NCBI GenBank assembly: GCA_043228905.1
Contig: JBHGNT010000013.1
Coordinates: forward strand, 15,872,001 to 15,936,000
Source: Azolla caroliniana
Lineage: Eukaryota > Plantae > Polypodiophyta
Direction: 5' to 3'
Length of the DNA: 64,000 nucleotides
Shown here: in pieces, positions 11,716 to 24,983 of the stretch
Layout of the letters: each line of letters starts with the position of its first letter
How positions within the stretch are numbered: the first letter of the stretch is position 1
Position numbers and translations under genes: made by a program
Notes under the pieces: generated by a model
Database searches by the model: none
Seen by the model: only the letters and a program-made list of their open reading frames with translations
What the model was told of the DNA's origin: nothing

Positions 11716-13614
11716 ATGATGCGCAGGTTCTATTCCTTCTCCTGCCTAGTAAGTTCTGCCGAGAATGGCAGTATTCTCGCAGCACCCCTAAAACAGAGTT
11801 TGATTCACAACAGCTTTAATCATATGAATGATGAACATAATCTAGCAGATCATTTAGGCCTGCCGCAATCTGCAATTAGTGCAAAAAACCATTATATGAG
11901 AGATCGTCCACGGCTGTCTTCGATCCCTACCGCCACAGTAGCTCCATCATCCTCTACTCTGCATGATTTCGTGGCTAATATACATTGCTATTATTCTTCT
12001 CACCACCATAACATTCATGAGAAGCTTACTAAATTCCCCTCTGATGAGCTTGTCTTCGGTATTCTTCAAGAGCATCTGAAATCGATGCCAGCCAGGTAAA
12101 TTATTTGCTTATAAAGATAATTTATATACTAAAAAGAAATCTATATAAGAAAAAAATTGACCATGTCAATAGCCATAGCTTCCAGCAGTTCTTTTTAAAA
12201 AATCAGAATGTTAAAACAGAGATTAAAAAATGAAGGATGAATGATGCAGCTACGCAGAGGCCGGATACAGTGTGGAGGAAATGTTGCATCACGCGCGCAT
12301 ATTCAAAGGGATGCAGCAGAACATTGGGCGGAAACTAGGGGTGCAAGTCACTCGATCGGAGCTCGCGGCTGGGGCGGAGAGCTCCATACTCATATTCGAA
12401 GGGTTGCTCAAGAAATGGAGGGTAGATGTGAAGAAAGAAATAGTGCTAGGGAAGCAGATAGGGGAAGGGTCATCAGGGGTTGTGTACGAAGGATTCTTGA
12501 GGAATACGGGCATGGCCGGGGCCGAGATCGTGTCGGAATCACAGACGAGAGTGGCAGTGAAGCTCATCAAGAGCACTCATCGGCTGCAATTCCGGAGGGA
12601 GGTGTCGGCTTTGGCGGCCACGGAGGCGAGGATCGAGAAGAATTCGCTACTATTGGTGCCACTTGTTGGGGCGGTCACGTGTGGCAGTGGCGGAGCTGGG
12701 CTAAATCTAGACGGGCGGCGGCCCGGGGAAGATGGGGGGTGCCCGTCTTCTAACTACAAGTATGCGGTGATCACCAAATACATGGAAGGAGGGTCGTTGC
12801 ACGATTACCTACGGAGGGAGACGCGTCTCGACATCGGCCGGGTAATGGACCTGGCGATCGGGATCACGGAAGGCGTCGCGTTCCTGCATTCGAGAGGCCT
12901 AGTCCACATGTAAGCAACCATCGTCTTCTTCTTCTTCTTGTCTTTTAATGTTACACCATAGAAAATGTAGATTTTAGGCTGGAAATGGATAGTGAATAAT
13001 GGGGATTTCCGTCATGTTGCAGGGATCTGAAATCCCCCAACATATTCCTGGACAAGGATGGGAAGCCGGTGATTGGGGATCTGGGTAGCGCGCGAGCTCA
13101 GAATGAGGAGCTGTCGGGGGATTTATATGGATCGAACAGCAGCAGCATGAGCGATGAGGAAGACGATGATGATTCGTGGATGTGCAGAAGGAGCCGGAGC
13201 GCTGCGGTGGTGCCAGGAACCTACCGTTGGATGGCGCCGGAGGTGTTGGAGAGCTGCTGCAGCATGATGATGGCGGATGGGCAGGCAGGGGCGGTGGCTA
13301 GGGCGGAGGCGGCCATGGACATGTACAGCCTGGGGATGGTGCTGTGGGAGCTGGTGAGCGGGCACGTGCCGTTCCAGGACATGGAGCCGCTGCAGGCGGC
13401 GACGGCGGTGCTGCTTCGCGGGCTGAGGCCCAGCTTCCCCCCCACGAGCGGCGGCGGCGGCGGAGGGAGGGGGCGCTGCCCGGCGCCGCTGGCCTGCCTC
13501 ATCCGCAACTGCTGGGCGCAGCGCCCTGAGAAGCGGCCCTCCGCCGCACACGCCCTCCGCATGCTCCGCCTCATCCGTACCAACGTACTGTCGCGCTCAC
13601 GTGACGGGACATGA
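11716..13614 (+). CDS. Raf-like (STY/HT1-related, TKL group) protein kinase, non-RD; exons 11716-12095, 12250-12909, 13023-13614 (~543 aa)
   Basis: GT-AG introns 12096-12249 and 12910-13022 join the exons in frame (1632 nt). Kinase motifs: IGEGSSGVVY, VAVKLIK, FRREV, ITKYMEGGSL, HMDLKSPN, GDLGSAR, GTYRWMAPE, DMYSLGMVLWEL, CWAQRPEKRP. The spliced N-terminal HLKSMPASYA...EEMLHHARIF resembles the STY8/17/46 HF.RLP.RYA...EDVL.H..LL block. Start codon uncertain. Confidence 0.85.
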
Positions 13615-13788
13615 GCAGCTGCCGCCACGTGCGTCGCCTCCGTCCGTACATCGCTTGACCCCTCGAAAGCGGCTGCCTCACGGTGTCCCCCTGTCCATTT
13701 GCATCGGCAAGACTGAAGGCTTTCTATGTATGTGTTCCCCCCTGCCCATTTGCAACGGCACGACCTAAGGTCCTTGTATGTATGCATC

Positions 13789-13811
13789 GGGGGGGGGGGG
13801 GGGGGGGGGGG
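13789..13811. repeat. Poly-G run (G23)
   Basis: Direct read. Confidence 0.85.
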
Positions 13812-14029
13812 CGCTCACATGGGCCCAATGAAAGGCCCTCTATGGTTTGTCCCATTCATCTCATCAGGGCTCGAATGCGTCTCGTAGATGCTCCCTATCG
13901 TGTTCCATTGATTACGTCGGGGTGTGGAACAGACCCCAACTCTCTATGGTGTCCCTTGGATTATTACATCATGATCTCCAATAGACCCAATGGGGGGTTT
14001 CTCCATGGATTACATCGGGTCTTTCAACA

Positions 14030-14250
14030 TATTTATCTAACATTCCTTCCCCCCAACTACTACAACCGATACCAAGAGCAACGTTAAGCTATACGTTGTA
14101 TTTATCCAACATTCCTTCCCCCAACTACTACAACCGATACCAAGAGCAACGGTTAAACTATACGTTGTATTTCTGCTAACCCTTTCTTAAGTTTTGCCCC
14201 GGGTTAACTATACTTTGTAGTTCTACTAACTCTTTCTAAGTTTTGCCTAA
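14030..14250. repeat. Short tandem duplications (~70 bp and ~50 bp)
   Basis: AACATTCCTTCCCCCAACTACTACAACCGATACCAAGAGCAACG occurs twice; TTAACTATAC.TTGTA.TTCT.CTAAC..TTTCT.AAGTTTTGCC occurs twice. Confidence 0.8.
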
Positions 14251-14299
14251 GAAATTCTTGCATCCCATATGGGAGTTGATTTGATCTAGCACCTTTGTA

Positions 14300-15400
14300 A
14301 ACTCTTCTAACTTATGCTTGTCCTTGTTGTGCTCTAAATCAACTGAACCTTAGGATACATTGGCAACCATAATTCAAGTAAAAAGTTTAGCGTTTCTAAT
14401 CTCATCAAGGGAAATCTCTATCGATTAGACAAATATTCAAATGGTTCTGGAAAAGTATAGAGCATTATTACATCTTATGTAATAGTAGAAAATAATCAAT
14501 CATTTTCAAGGTCACTTGAACATAGCATCAAAGGTATTTTACAAATTCAAGACAACCTTCACACTTGCTCTATGTTAATCTAGTCATGACATTTTTTATA
14601 GAAGTTTAGGCAATATGATTTGGCACTTGGAAATAACTTGTCATAGATTGGGAGCAATAGGCTATTGCATCTAATTGCTTGTCATTCGTTCTTTAAAACT
14701 TACCATTGCATAATCAATCATGAATTACTCAAAGATTGTGTTACATATCATGCAACTCACACAAACAATTCAATTGGTTTCATAAACACGTGAATTAGGT
14801 GAAGGTTTTGAGAGTTTAAAGAGAGACTTTAGATCACCCCTCTTTTACTCTATGTTGATCTAGCTAAACCCTTCTTTGCATGGAAGTTGATGCATCTGAT
14901 TTTGTGCTTGGTAGCATCTTGTCATATGTTAGGAACAATTGACAATTGCATCCAATCTTCTTTCATTCTTTAAAATTCATCATTGCATAAATCAATTATG
15001 AAATCCAGGACAACGAGCTTATGATCATTTTCTTTTATTGTTTAAAAGTTATCATTTGCATAAATCGATTATGAAATCCACGACAATGAGCTCATGAGTC
15101 ATTCTTTTGATTAATGATATCATTTCTTGGAGGGTTCTCCCCATCAAAGAAATTGGTGGCACGCTTGTTGCAAAGAAACACGTTTCAATTTCCTTATCAC
15201 CTATGCTAAGGATATAAAACATAAGGATCTCAATGCTCCTTTATGACATCTCAATGCTAAGGATCTCAATGCTCCTTTATGACATCTTGTCCACAAATGC
15301 CAACTTTTGACCATTATAAGCAAGTTTTCTTGGGTTCTAATTGCAGTGATTGATGGTAGATCATGTCTTCAATATTCTTGTATAATTAGGCCTTTATGAC
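14300..15400 (+). mobile_element. Old, heavily decayed Ty3/gypsy RT-RNase H remnant
   Basis: VDASDFVLGSIL (~14886) and INYEIQDNEL (~14991, partly duplicated at ~15064) are colinear with the chromovirus RNase H at 31000-31140. Confidence 0.65.
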
Positions 15401-15912
15401 TAAACATTTTCTTTGATGTTTTTTATGTGTTCTTTGCCTCCTTGTCCATCTTCATTGCCTCACCATATTTTCCTTTAGTACTCTTTGTCCCTTTTCTTAT
15501 CACCATTCACCAATACATTTGTCTACAAGTTTGTGCGATTGGAAGGTACCATAGAACGGAAGAGTAACATAAATGATGAGACGAAAAGACATTTTATAAA
15601 GAACGGGAGAGTATAGCTTTAAGAGAGACTAGAATTATAAATTGCAAAAATATGTAAAAGGAGAAGTATAAAGGTAATGTGACAAAGTTTATACTTATTC
15701 TTCGGACCAAAGTTAAGAGTGTATATTTTCTCTTCCTTGAGTTAGAGCTCTCTAACCTCATATTTCCTTAATCTCTCCCATTGGCTGATTGTATCCTTCC
15801 TTACTTCTCGTTAGATCTTCGTGCATCTCTATAAGCTTAAGTGGATACATATATGCAAACTATTAATGGAATGCGAGATTTGGTTGGTAATATTCTTGTG
15901 TAATTTCTTAAC

Positions 15913-16580
15913 TGTTAGGAATTTGTCTCTCCTATGGGAGAAGTTGACAGTTGAAGTCAAGGAAGAAGTTGGCAGTCAAATCGACAAGCCGAATACAGGA
16001 TGGTCGATTGGATCATCCATCGAGTCGATAGGGTGGTCGACTGGTTTGAAGGAGATAGAGAGTTGACTATGATAGTCGACCACATTGGATGGATGCTCCA
16101 AGTCGAAGACAAGGCCGACTAGTTGGGCTGACCGGATGGTCGAAGACAAGGCCGACAAGTCTGACTGATTAATTATTATTATAATATACATATATAATAA
16201 TAACATATCCATCCTATAAATAGGAATAGCTAGGGCAAACTTATGTGTATAGAGCTTCTGTAGTAGAGAGCATAAGTTAGGGTAGTTCTGTGCAGAAGTA
16301 GAGAAACATGAGTGTGAGTGAGTGACGACATAGTTTTAGTGTAACTTGCCTAAACCCTAGAGAGGGATTCACTGAGATCTGGTTTTTGTAGAAAGCTTGA
16401 GAGCTTTGTAATTTGTTTTGTTCTTGTACTTCTATTATATAGTGAAGATCTGTTGCCCCGTGGTTTTCCCTTGTTCTAAGGTTTCCACCTAAATTGTGTG
16501 TACTGTATGTTTTGCTGTTTTTCTACTTTGTACTTATTTCAACATTTCTTTCTCGTCCATCCACGATCCTAAACACATCA
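15913..16580 (+). mobile_element. Solo LTR (copia-type, 668 bp)
   Basis: TG...CA ends and perfect TSD TTAAC (15908-15912, 16581-16585). TATA-like CCTATAAATA present; the CCGTGGTTTTCCC block is shared with other copia LTRs here; the 5' end is homologous to 56075-56231. Confidence 0.85.
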
Positions 16581-16746
16581 TTAACATTTTCATTGTAAGT
16601 TAAGCTTAAGAGAACTATTAAATAGGATTCACTAGCAAACATTAAGTAGTTATTAAGTATGGTCGATGATGGATTGATACCCACTTGTTGTCATGGATAG
16701 ATCATAAGCTCAAGAGACAAGAAAGAAGATAACCAAATGGATGAGT

Positions 16747-19530
16747 TGTTGGCATAAAAGGCCGACTCCTTCCAAGTTGTATCCGTCCGAGTGTGAACTC
16801 GTCAATAAGTTAGGGCTTTGTATATAAGTGAATACCTAACATTGTATAGAGTGACGGGTGACAGAGAGACGAAGCGTCTGTGCATTGTATCTCAGAGAGA
16901 GAGTGAGAACGAAGCAATAAAGCTTTCCATTAGAGCTTGTACTGTGTAAGTCCATGTCGTTACCGACAACTGGTATCAGAGCGAATCTTTGCTGTTCGGC
17001 GGCAACAGACAACAGAAGAAGTTGAAAGAAAAGACCAGGTTAGAAATCTCAAGTTCACAAACAGAATATGGCTTCAACATCCGGAACAGGAGTTGAAATC
17101 AAAAAATTCGACGGCAAAAACTTTGCCTTGTGGAAGGAGATGATATAGAATGTGTTGATAATTCGAAGATAGGTCGAAGTTATTCGGCACAGTGAAAAAC
17201 TTGCTTCAATGACAGCTGAGGAGTGGAGATCAACGGACGAAATCGCACGCTCCACCATCCGAATGCATCTGGCCGAAAACGTCTATTTCAACATGGCGAA
17301 AGAGACGGCAATATTCTCATTGTGGGAGAAGCTACAGGCCGTTTATGAAAAGAAGTCCTCATCTTCGTAACTTATTTTGATCAAACAACTGTTCAACATG
17401 AAGATGAGAGAGACTGATCTGGCAACCTCCCACATCAACACCTTTAGCCGGGTGTTGTCTAAGCTCTCGTAACAAGGGATCAACTTCGAAGAAGAAGTGA
17501 AAGCCCTTGCCCTCCTATCGAGCTTGCCAGCGAGTTGGGAGGTATTCTGCACGAAATACGCCAATAGCCGACCGATCCTAAACTTGGACGAAACAACCGG
17601 CCAAGTCCTCACAGAGGACATCAGGCGAAAATCGATGGGACTAACCATTGAGGAGTTGGCAAAATCCCATCACTTGATTGACAGAGTCGAACAAAAGAAC
17701 AAGCTGATAGAACCGGTTGACGCTACAGCCGATCGAAAACAAGGGGAGACCGACAATGGTCGAAGTCGAAAATGGGCCCATCAAGGGAGTACTGCACACA
17801 CTGTAGGAAAGCTGGCCACAATGTTTCTGACTGTTGGTCATTAAAAAGAAAAGAAAGTGGTCGGCGATCTTAGCGGAATCAGGGATGTTCTGACTCAGAC
17901 CACTCTCTAGTTAGCAACCAGATCAACATTGCCGACACCCGATCCAGAGAAATCCTCTCCTTAGAGAACTCAATGATCGGAGAAGTCCTCTACAGTGCAC
18001 AAGTTGCACGCACGTGGTTACTAGACTCTAGCGCCACATTTCACGTGACCCCCAACATTGAATGGTTCTCGAACTATTCAGCCTACGCCAACGACATAGT
18101 CTGACTAGGAAATGGGCAAGAGTGCAAGATAGTCGGAACTGGGGATGTTCCCATCAGATTGCCAAATGGCAACACAATAACCATGCATTGAGTTCGGCAC
18201 GTACCCGATCTAAAGAGGAGTCTGGTCTCCATAGACATGTTAGCCGAAGACGGGTATCAAACGACTCTACACGAGTCGACATGGGTGATCAGCCGAGGAA
18301 ACCTCAAAATCGGTAGTGGGCACAAGTATAATAATCTATACCTATTGATGGTGATCAACCTTGAAGGGGCCGTGAACGTAGCTGAGAAAACCGACCCGAA
18401 CTTGTGGCATGGCCGACTTGGCCACATGTCTCAAGCGAGACTTGATCGGCTAATGTCGTTCGGCTACATCCTGAAACTCCAGGCAAAGACGGACTTCTGC
18501 GAGCATTGTCGATATGGGAAATAGACCCGAAGTCCACACTCTCTCCACTACGAGATGGTACGACAACCCCTAGAGCTCGTGCACACAGACATGTGGACCC
18601 ATGCCAGAGTGATCACTAGGAGGCTCCCAGTACTTCATCACATTCGTAGATGACTGTACACAGAAAGTTTGGGCATACTCCATCAAATCCAAAGATGAAG
18701 CGCTCGAGGTCTTCACTCGATGGATATCTGGAGTGGAGAACCAGTTAGGATACACAGTGAAGACACTCCGATCCGACAACGGAGGTGAGTACACCTCCAG
18801 AGCCATCAAATAGTACCTGTCCGGAAAAGGGATCTGACACCAAAAGACCGTTCCCTAGGACGATCCAGGAGAGGGTGATGGCAATGCTCCAACAAGCCGG
18901 ATTGAAGCTGGAATTCTGGGCCGAGGCATTGCAGACGATAGTGTACCTGATAAATCTGGCACCGTCAAGAGCAATCAGGCTCGAAGTGCCACAGGCACTA
19001 TGGTCAGGCAAACAACCGACCTACAAGAGGCTCTATATATTCGGATGCGAAGCCTACGCGTTCATCCCCAGGGACAAAAGGACGAAGTTGACACCCCATG
19101 CAACAATGTGCATATTTCTTGGTTATGGAACCGATGGGGACTTCGACTACCGACTATGGGACCCTGAGAACCGGAAATTGATTCGGAGTAGTGACGTAGT
19201 CTTCAATGAAGACTCTATCTTCTCTCGGCGGAACCAACAGAAAATAGTTGGTAAGAAGGTATCCTTCGAAGATGACAACATTGTCGTAGAAGGAATGACC
19301 CACCGGGCCGAATCGGAGACTCTACAAACAGTCAAACTCCAACAAGCTGCCAACTTCCCTACCGACATAGAATCGGCAACAAGTCCTATCGTCGAACTCA
19401 AAGAAAAAGTCATCAAAGACACAGCCGAATCGACAAGGATCGATAAAGGCAAAGTCACCAAGAGACAAGTCAGAAAAGAGTTGACGACAACCACAGGGGA
19501 GGACAACCAGACATAGTCGAAATCCCAATC
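16747..19530 (+). mobile_element. Decayed Ty1/copia 5' half (LTR ~16747-16968, PBS tRNA-iMet 16971-16982, gag-PR-IN pseudogene from ATG 17068)
   Basis: TGGTATCAGAGC follows CCGACA. Motifs KFDGKNFALWK, IRMHLAENVYF, WLLDSSATFHVTP, LWHGRLGH, LRSDNGGEY, FWAEALQT, IFGCEAY. Many stops and frameshifts; no matching 3' LTR. Confidence 0.88.
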
Positions 19531-20495
19531 TAGGGGTGGGACAAGAAGAAGGCGATCGGCTACAGATGGATCTGCAAGGTGAAGTATAACGCCGATGGCT
19601 CCATAAATTGCTACAAAGCTCGACTCGTAGCGAAAGGATACACACAAACACATGGAGTCGACTACGAAGAGACATTTGCCTCGGTGGCAAAGATGATGAC
19701 TGTGCAAACCGTGATCGCACTTGTAACGGCGAAAGGGTTGCACCTCCACCAAATGGACGTCAAGAACGCCTTTCTTCAAGGCGAATTAGAAGAGGAGGTG
19801 TACATGGTACAATTGTTGGGAAATCGGTCCCTCCGGATGGGATCCGGTTATGAATGAGGAGATCCGGAAACCGAATTAGATGGACCCGGTGTGAACTGGA
19901 AGTGAAGACATATTTGTAAATATGTTTTGAGTAAGCCTATTGAGGCTATATTTGTAAATAGCCCTAAGTATAAATATGACTTAGGGCAATCACTTTGTAG
20001 TTATGTGAGAAGGTTGTCATATTGTTGTAGTGATAATTGTTGTATAGAGAGAGAGTGAGATACAGAGCTATACTCGGTTGTAACCGCCAGCTGACGAAGA
20101 TACAGAGCTCGACGTCATTACCTCTGAGTCTCTGTTTGTACCTTTTCCTATATAGTGATAGTTTGGAGTTTGTGGGCTCCCGTGTTTTTTCCCTATTAGG
20201 GTTTTTCACGTGAATATTTTGTGTACTCTCTACTTCCCGTTTCTCTGGTTCATTTCCATTTCTGTGACTCAAGACTCAGTTGTGGCCGAGCAATATTCCG
20301 CTGTCAAGTTGTTACGCTCTTCGTGTGTGGAAAGAGGCGGGACCATAGGGGCCTTGAACCAAGGAGAGTGAGAAAGAAGAGAGAGAGAGAGCGCAACTTG
20401 CAGAAACACAGAGGGAGAAAGAGAGAGAACAAGTCTTAATTACAAAATCAATATCGATTACAACCGGCAAGTCGGCAATGAACCCAACTCAGGCG

Positions 20496-20539
<44 letters not shown>

Positions 20540-23500
20540 TGCTCACGCACGCACACAACCCGATTGCACTGTGGAGCCTCTGGTGGAAGCACACGGGCTG
20601 TCCACAAAGCAGAGGCAACTCAGCTCGAAATCCTGCAGAGAACGACGAACGATGGAGGAGAGAGCTCGGTCCTAGTCCGACAACACTTCGTCCTTGCTCC
20701 TTAAAACGCGATATCTTCATCCGCCTTCTTCCTTCCCTTTTATAGGCCGTCGAGGCAGGCCGTTGCACCCTCGTTTTCATCAATTTATTCTCTATCCTTT
20801 CAGACAGAGATACTCTTTGATTTCCTAGACATTCAATGCGTCACATCTAGTCTATTTACACCCATCGTCCTACTCCTAGTTATGTACAAGGTATTAATTG
20901 GCGTGGAAAAGTGTAGGACCGGTTCATGCGCCTTGCTTCGCCGATTCCGCTTCTGGCCGGTTTTCTCCATGACATCCTCCCCCACCAAACTGCGCATCCA
21001 TCGGTATGCGCTGGAGAGGGACAAACACCGGAGAAAACCGGCTCGCGTTCACTCGTCGCTCTCCGAATTATCGGCGTCCCCGAACCGATCGTCGTCGTTA
21101 TCGCTCCCCCGCTCCGGCTCGTCTTCGTACCGCTTCTTGAATGCTTTAATCCACTTCTCGGCTACCGGCACCACCAATCGTGTCCCGTCGAGCTCCGCAA
21201 GATGGTACATGCCGTTGTCGTTCGTGCTCGTCACCGCGTAGTGCCCTAACCATCTCCTCGCAAATTTGCGGGTCGCCTTGTGCTGGTTGTCGAGGCTGCT
21301 GTCGTAAACCAGCACCCAATCACCTTCCTCGATCTTCTTCGGATGTTGCCGGTGTGTCCGGTCGAACCGAGTTTTGTTTCGTTCTCTTTCCGCGCAGCTT
21401 CTCCTGCGCCCGTTCCACGTCTCCGGCCTCCACTCAAGTTGCCGGGTCCGCGCTGCCAACAACTCTTCCTGGCTCATTTTGTCCTTCCAGCCCACTGCGG
21501 CCCACGAAGAAACCGTCCGTTCCACCGGCATGATCGGCTTCTGCCCATACATTAGTTCTGCCGGCATGAACCCCGTTACCGAACTGTGCGTAGTCCAGTC
21601 CGCCCACACCGCATAGGGTAGGAGCCACGACCAGTTCCCGACTTGGCCTCCACACGCCCGTACTAACGGTTTGACGATCGGTCTGTGTTTGCGTTCCACC
21701 TTCCCGTTAGCCTCCGGATTGTACGCCATGGTGAGCGAGAGTTTAACCCTAGTCGGTCAAATAACTCTTCAGCCTCTTGCGCATCTAGTTCTCCGCGGTC
21801 GGCCACGATCTTGCCGACGCACCCGTACCGACGTACCACATCTTCGATTAAACCAACACACGGCCGCAATCGTTTTGTTCTGCAATGCTCGGCCTTCCAC
21901 TTGGTTCGTCAGGTCCTCTTGAGCCAGCACCAGATATCGCGTCTGCCCTACCCCCATCGGCATCGTCACCAGATCCACCATCCACTTGAAGTGGACGGTC
22001 GGAGGGTAGGTCGGGTGAAGCTCGTCTCGATGTCGGACTATGGAGTGCATCTAATAGCTTTCGCAAGTCGTTACGAACCGATGCACGTCCCGGTATAGTC
22101 CCGACCACTAGTACTTCCCCTTCAGCTTCTCGAATGTGGCCCATGTCCCACGGTGTCTGGCCCAAGGACTCTTGTGGTACGCCATAAGTAGCACTTTTTG
22201 CTCGTCCTCCCTCGCAACTACGCGGAGTGGGGTGCCGCTTCGCTTCTTCGGGTGCTTCTATATGCGCCCTTCCCGTAGGAAGAACCGGTACGCCTTCTTC
22301 CGCACTTGACAGGCCTCTTCTCTCGTCCACGCCATGTCTGGCGTCATCGTCCTAGGTACCTCCCGATTCGAAGCCACTCTCCATCGTATTCGCTCTCGTC
22401 GAACTCGTTAAGCGCCGGAGTGCTCCTCGTCCCAGTTGTTACGCCAGCTGATTCGAAGAAGTCCTCGCCGACTTCTTCGTCTTCCGAAACCATGCCGTCC
22501 TCGTCGCTGAACCTCGCCCTCGAAAGCATGTCGGCCATGGCGTTGTCCTTTCCGAAAATGTGTCGCATTTCCGGATTCAGGGACTTGACGTACGCTATCC
22601 ATCAGAGCATTGCCAGGTCCGGCGTCGTGCATCCGGAAACCATACCAAGAATCGGCAGGCAATTTGTCTTAATGATTACTTTCGTCCTGATCAGATAGTT
22701 TTTGTTGGCCTTAACTACCGAAATGATACCCCATAGCTCGCGCTTAACTTGGGCGTATCCTTGCTGCCGCTCACTCAATACCTTCGCCCCGAACCGGATC
22801 GGGAACCGTATGCCATTGTTGTCCTCCTGATTGATCACCCACCCGATCCCGGTAGGGCTCGTGTCCACCATCATGTAAATGGGGACTTCCTTGCGATAAA
22901 CCGCTTTTCGGAGAGGCAGTGCCGCGGTGAGCGCCTCCTTCAGTCTTTGGACCGACTTCGTGTGCTCGTCTCTCCACTCAAATTTACGCCCTTTCTTCAA
23001 TAGCCCGTAGAGCGGTTCTGCGACATGCGCGTAGTGCAGAATCCAGATGTGGTAGAACACGCACGCACCCAAGAATCTGCGGACCTCCGTAACCGACCCA
23101 CAGTCGTCCTTCATCACAGAGATGGCTTCTACCTTCGCCGGGGACGATTTCCGGCCATAGGGCCCCGCATAGGTGTCCGACTACCAGGATCTCCGTCTGC
23201 CCGAATGCTGATTTCTCTCCGGAGAAGGTGAGCTGCGCGCTCTCGAGCCTCTGCAACACCTTATCGCAGTCGTTGATGTGGTTCACGACGAACCTTTGTC
23301 ATCCGTCCAGCCCGACCGTTTCGTCTGTATCCTCCATCGGACACCCTTTTATCAGTACGTCGTCTAGGAACGACATAGTGATGTCCGGGATGTAGTCCCT
23401 CAACACCTTGTTCATTGCGTTCACCATGTGTGCCACCAAATTCGTTCCTCCTTGCGGTAGGGTACACATACGCACCAAGCCGAGAGGAGTCGGCATTGTT

Positions 23501-24260
23501 GTGATGTCCTTGCTCTCTACGGCTAGTTGGAACTGATCATACCCTGAGTACAGATCCCCGACCGAGTAGATCGACCTCCCTACGAAGGCCTCCGCGAACT
23601 CATCAATGGTCAGTTCGATACCTGCGTTTCGAATGGTCACCTTGTTGACCGGCTGCAGGTCTTGTATGAAGCGCAATGTGCCGTTCTTCTTTGGCATTGT
23701 AAACCACCTATTCGAATATGGGGCACTCGACGGTTCGAGGATGCCCATCTCCACCTTCTGTTTCAGTAGCTCCATCAGCTTCAGGATGTGAGCTCTGGGT
23801 ACCGGAATCGGTTTGAGATTCCATGGCACATGCAGTACCGTATAGATCACCATTGGCTCGACGATTGTCGGGTCTACACACCCGATCTCCTCCGGCGAGA
23901 ATGTGAAGGCCTTCTCATGCCTTCCGAGCATCCTTCGAAACTGGTCCTCCTCCTCCGGCAGTAGAAAGCCACCCCCACCAACCTTGAGCTCCCGTGGCAT
24001 TATGTTGGTGAACCGGTGCCCTATGCCGGCTAGACTCCGTAAACTTGGGTCCGACGTGACCCCTTTTATCCGCTCTCCGCTGCCCTCCGGCAAGGGTGCC
24101 GCAACTGGCCTCACCTTCCAGTCCACAGTCTTATACTTCATGTCCACGCAGGCCATTCGATCCGACCCGATCCTCTCCCCGAAGTTCGCGATGACTTCGT
24201 ACATTCCCATCGAGCTAACCGGAACGGTCCGGTCTTTGCTAAGGCCTTCATCGACTACCT

Positions 24261-24530
24261 ATGGTAATTCTCAATTGGACTGTGAAGTCGAAACAAGGAG
24301 TGCGGACGGTAGGCAATCGGTGGGTGCAATATGTAAGATGTAGAGTTATAGAGAAAAGGTTTAGGGTTTAGGAATTAGGGTTTGAGTTTTGGTTTAGGTT
24401 TAGGTTTAGGGTTAGGGTTTAGTGTTTGTTTTTGGCTTAGGGTTTAGAGGGTAAAAGGGTTTATGATTAAGTGCAAGAGGGGATAAAATGAAAAGAAACA
24501 CCAAGAATAATTTGAGCACACCCAAATCAT
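24261..24530. repeat. Foreign AT-rich insert containing degenerate TTTAGGG telomere-type repeats
   Basis: Absent at the equivalent position of elements A and B. TTTAGGGTTTAGG...TTAGGGTTAGGGTTTAG at ~24359-24465. Confidence 0.8.
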
Positions 24531-24693
24531 TTAAAAGAGACCGCCTCCACGACGCCGCTAATCTCTTCGTCGAGGGAGAGGACTCCACACGCCCTAAGCC
24601 GTCTCTCCGCCCGCTTCCTCTCCTGGCTACTGATGCCAGTTAACGTACAACCTCCGTTTTCAGAGAGCCAAAATTTCCTACCTATAATACATG

Positions 24694-24760
24694 TGTGGGG
24701 TTCTTCCGGGGTGTTCGGACTATCTCGACCGCACGCCTTGATAGTCCTCTCTAAAAATCC
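24694..24760 (-). promoter_or_regulatory. Predicted -1 ribosomal frameshift signal (GGATTTT plus pseudoknot), element G
   Basis: Minus strand GGATTTT-TAGAGA, stem GGACTATC...GATAGTCC, loop GTGCGGT opposite ACCCCAC. Confidence 0.7.
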
Positions 24761-24983
24761 CCTCGGCTGTCGCTGCCGAGGGTCTCGCGGTTCCGCTCGT
24801 GGTTGGGTCGCACTGTCATGAATTGGACGGAATGCCGACCGTCTTGGCTCTTGACGCGCGCATACGCCGAACCGTTGTCCAGTACTTTCGTCTCCATGCG
24901 TGCTGCCATAATGTATGGTTCGCCGAGAATTATCGGGTGCGAGGAAGTCTCTTGCATGAAGAAATGCTGATCTATCTCGACGT

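Noticed and set aside
13789-13811. Functional G-quadruplex downstream of the kinase
   Set aside because: A plain homopolymer of uncertain assembled length; a similar run at ~8094-8108 suggests ordinary slippage.
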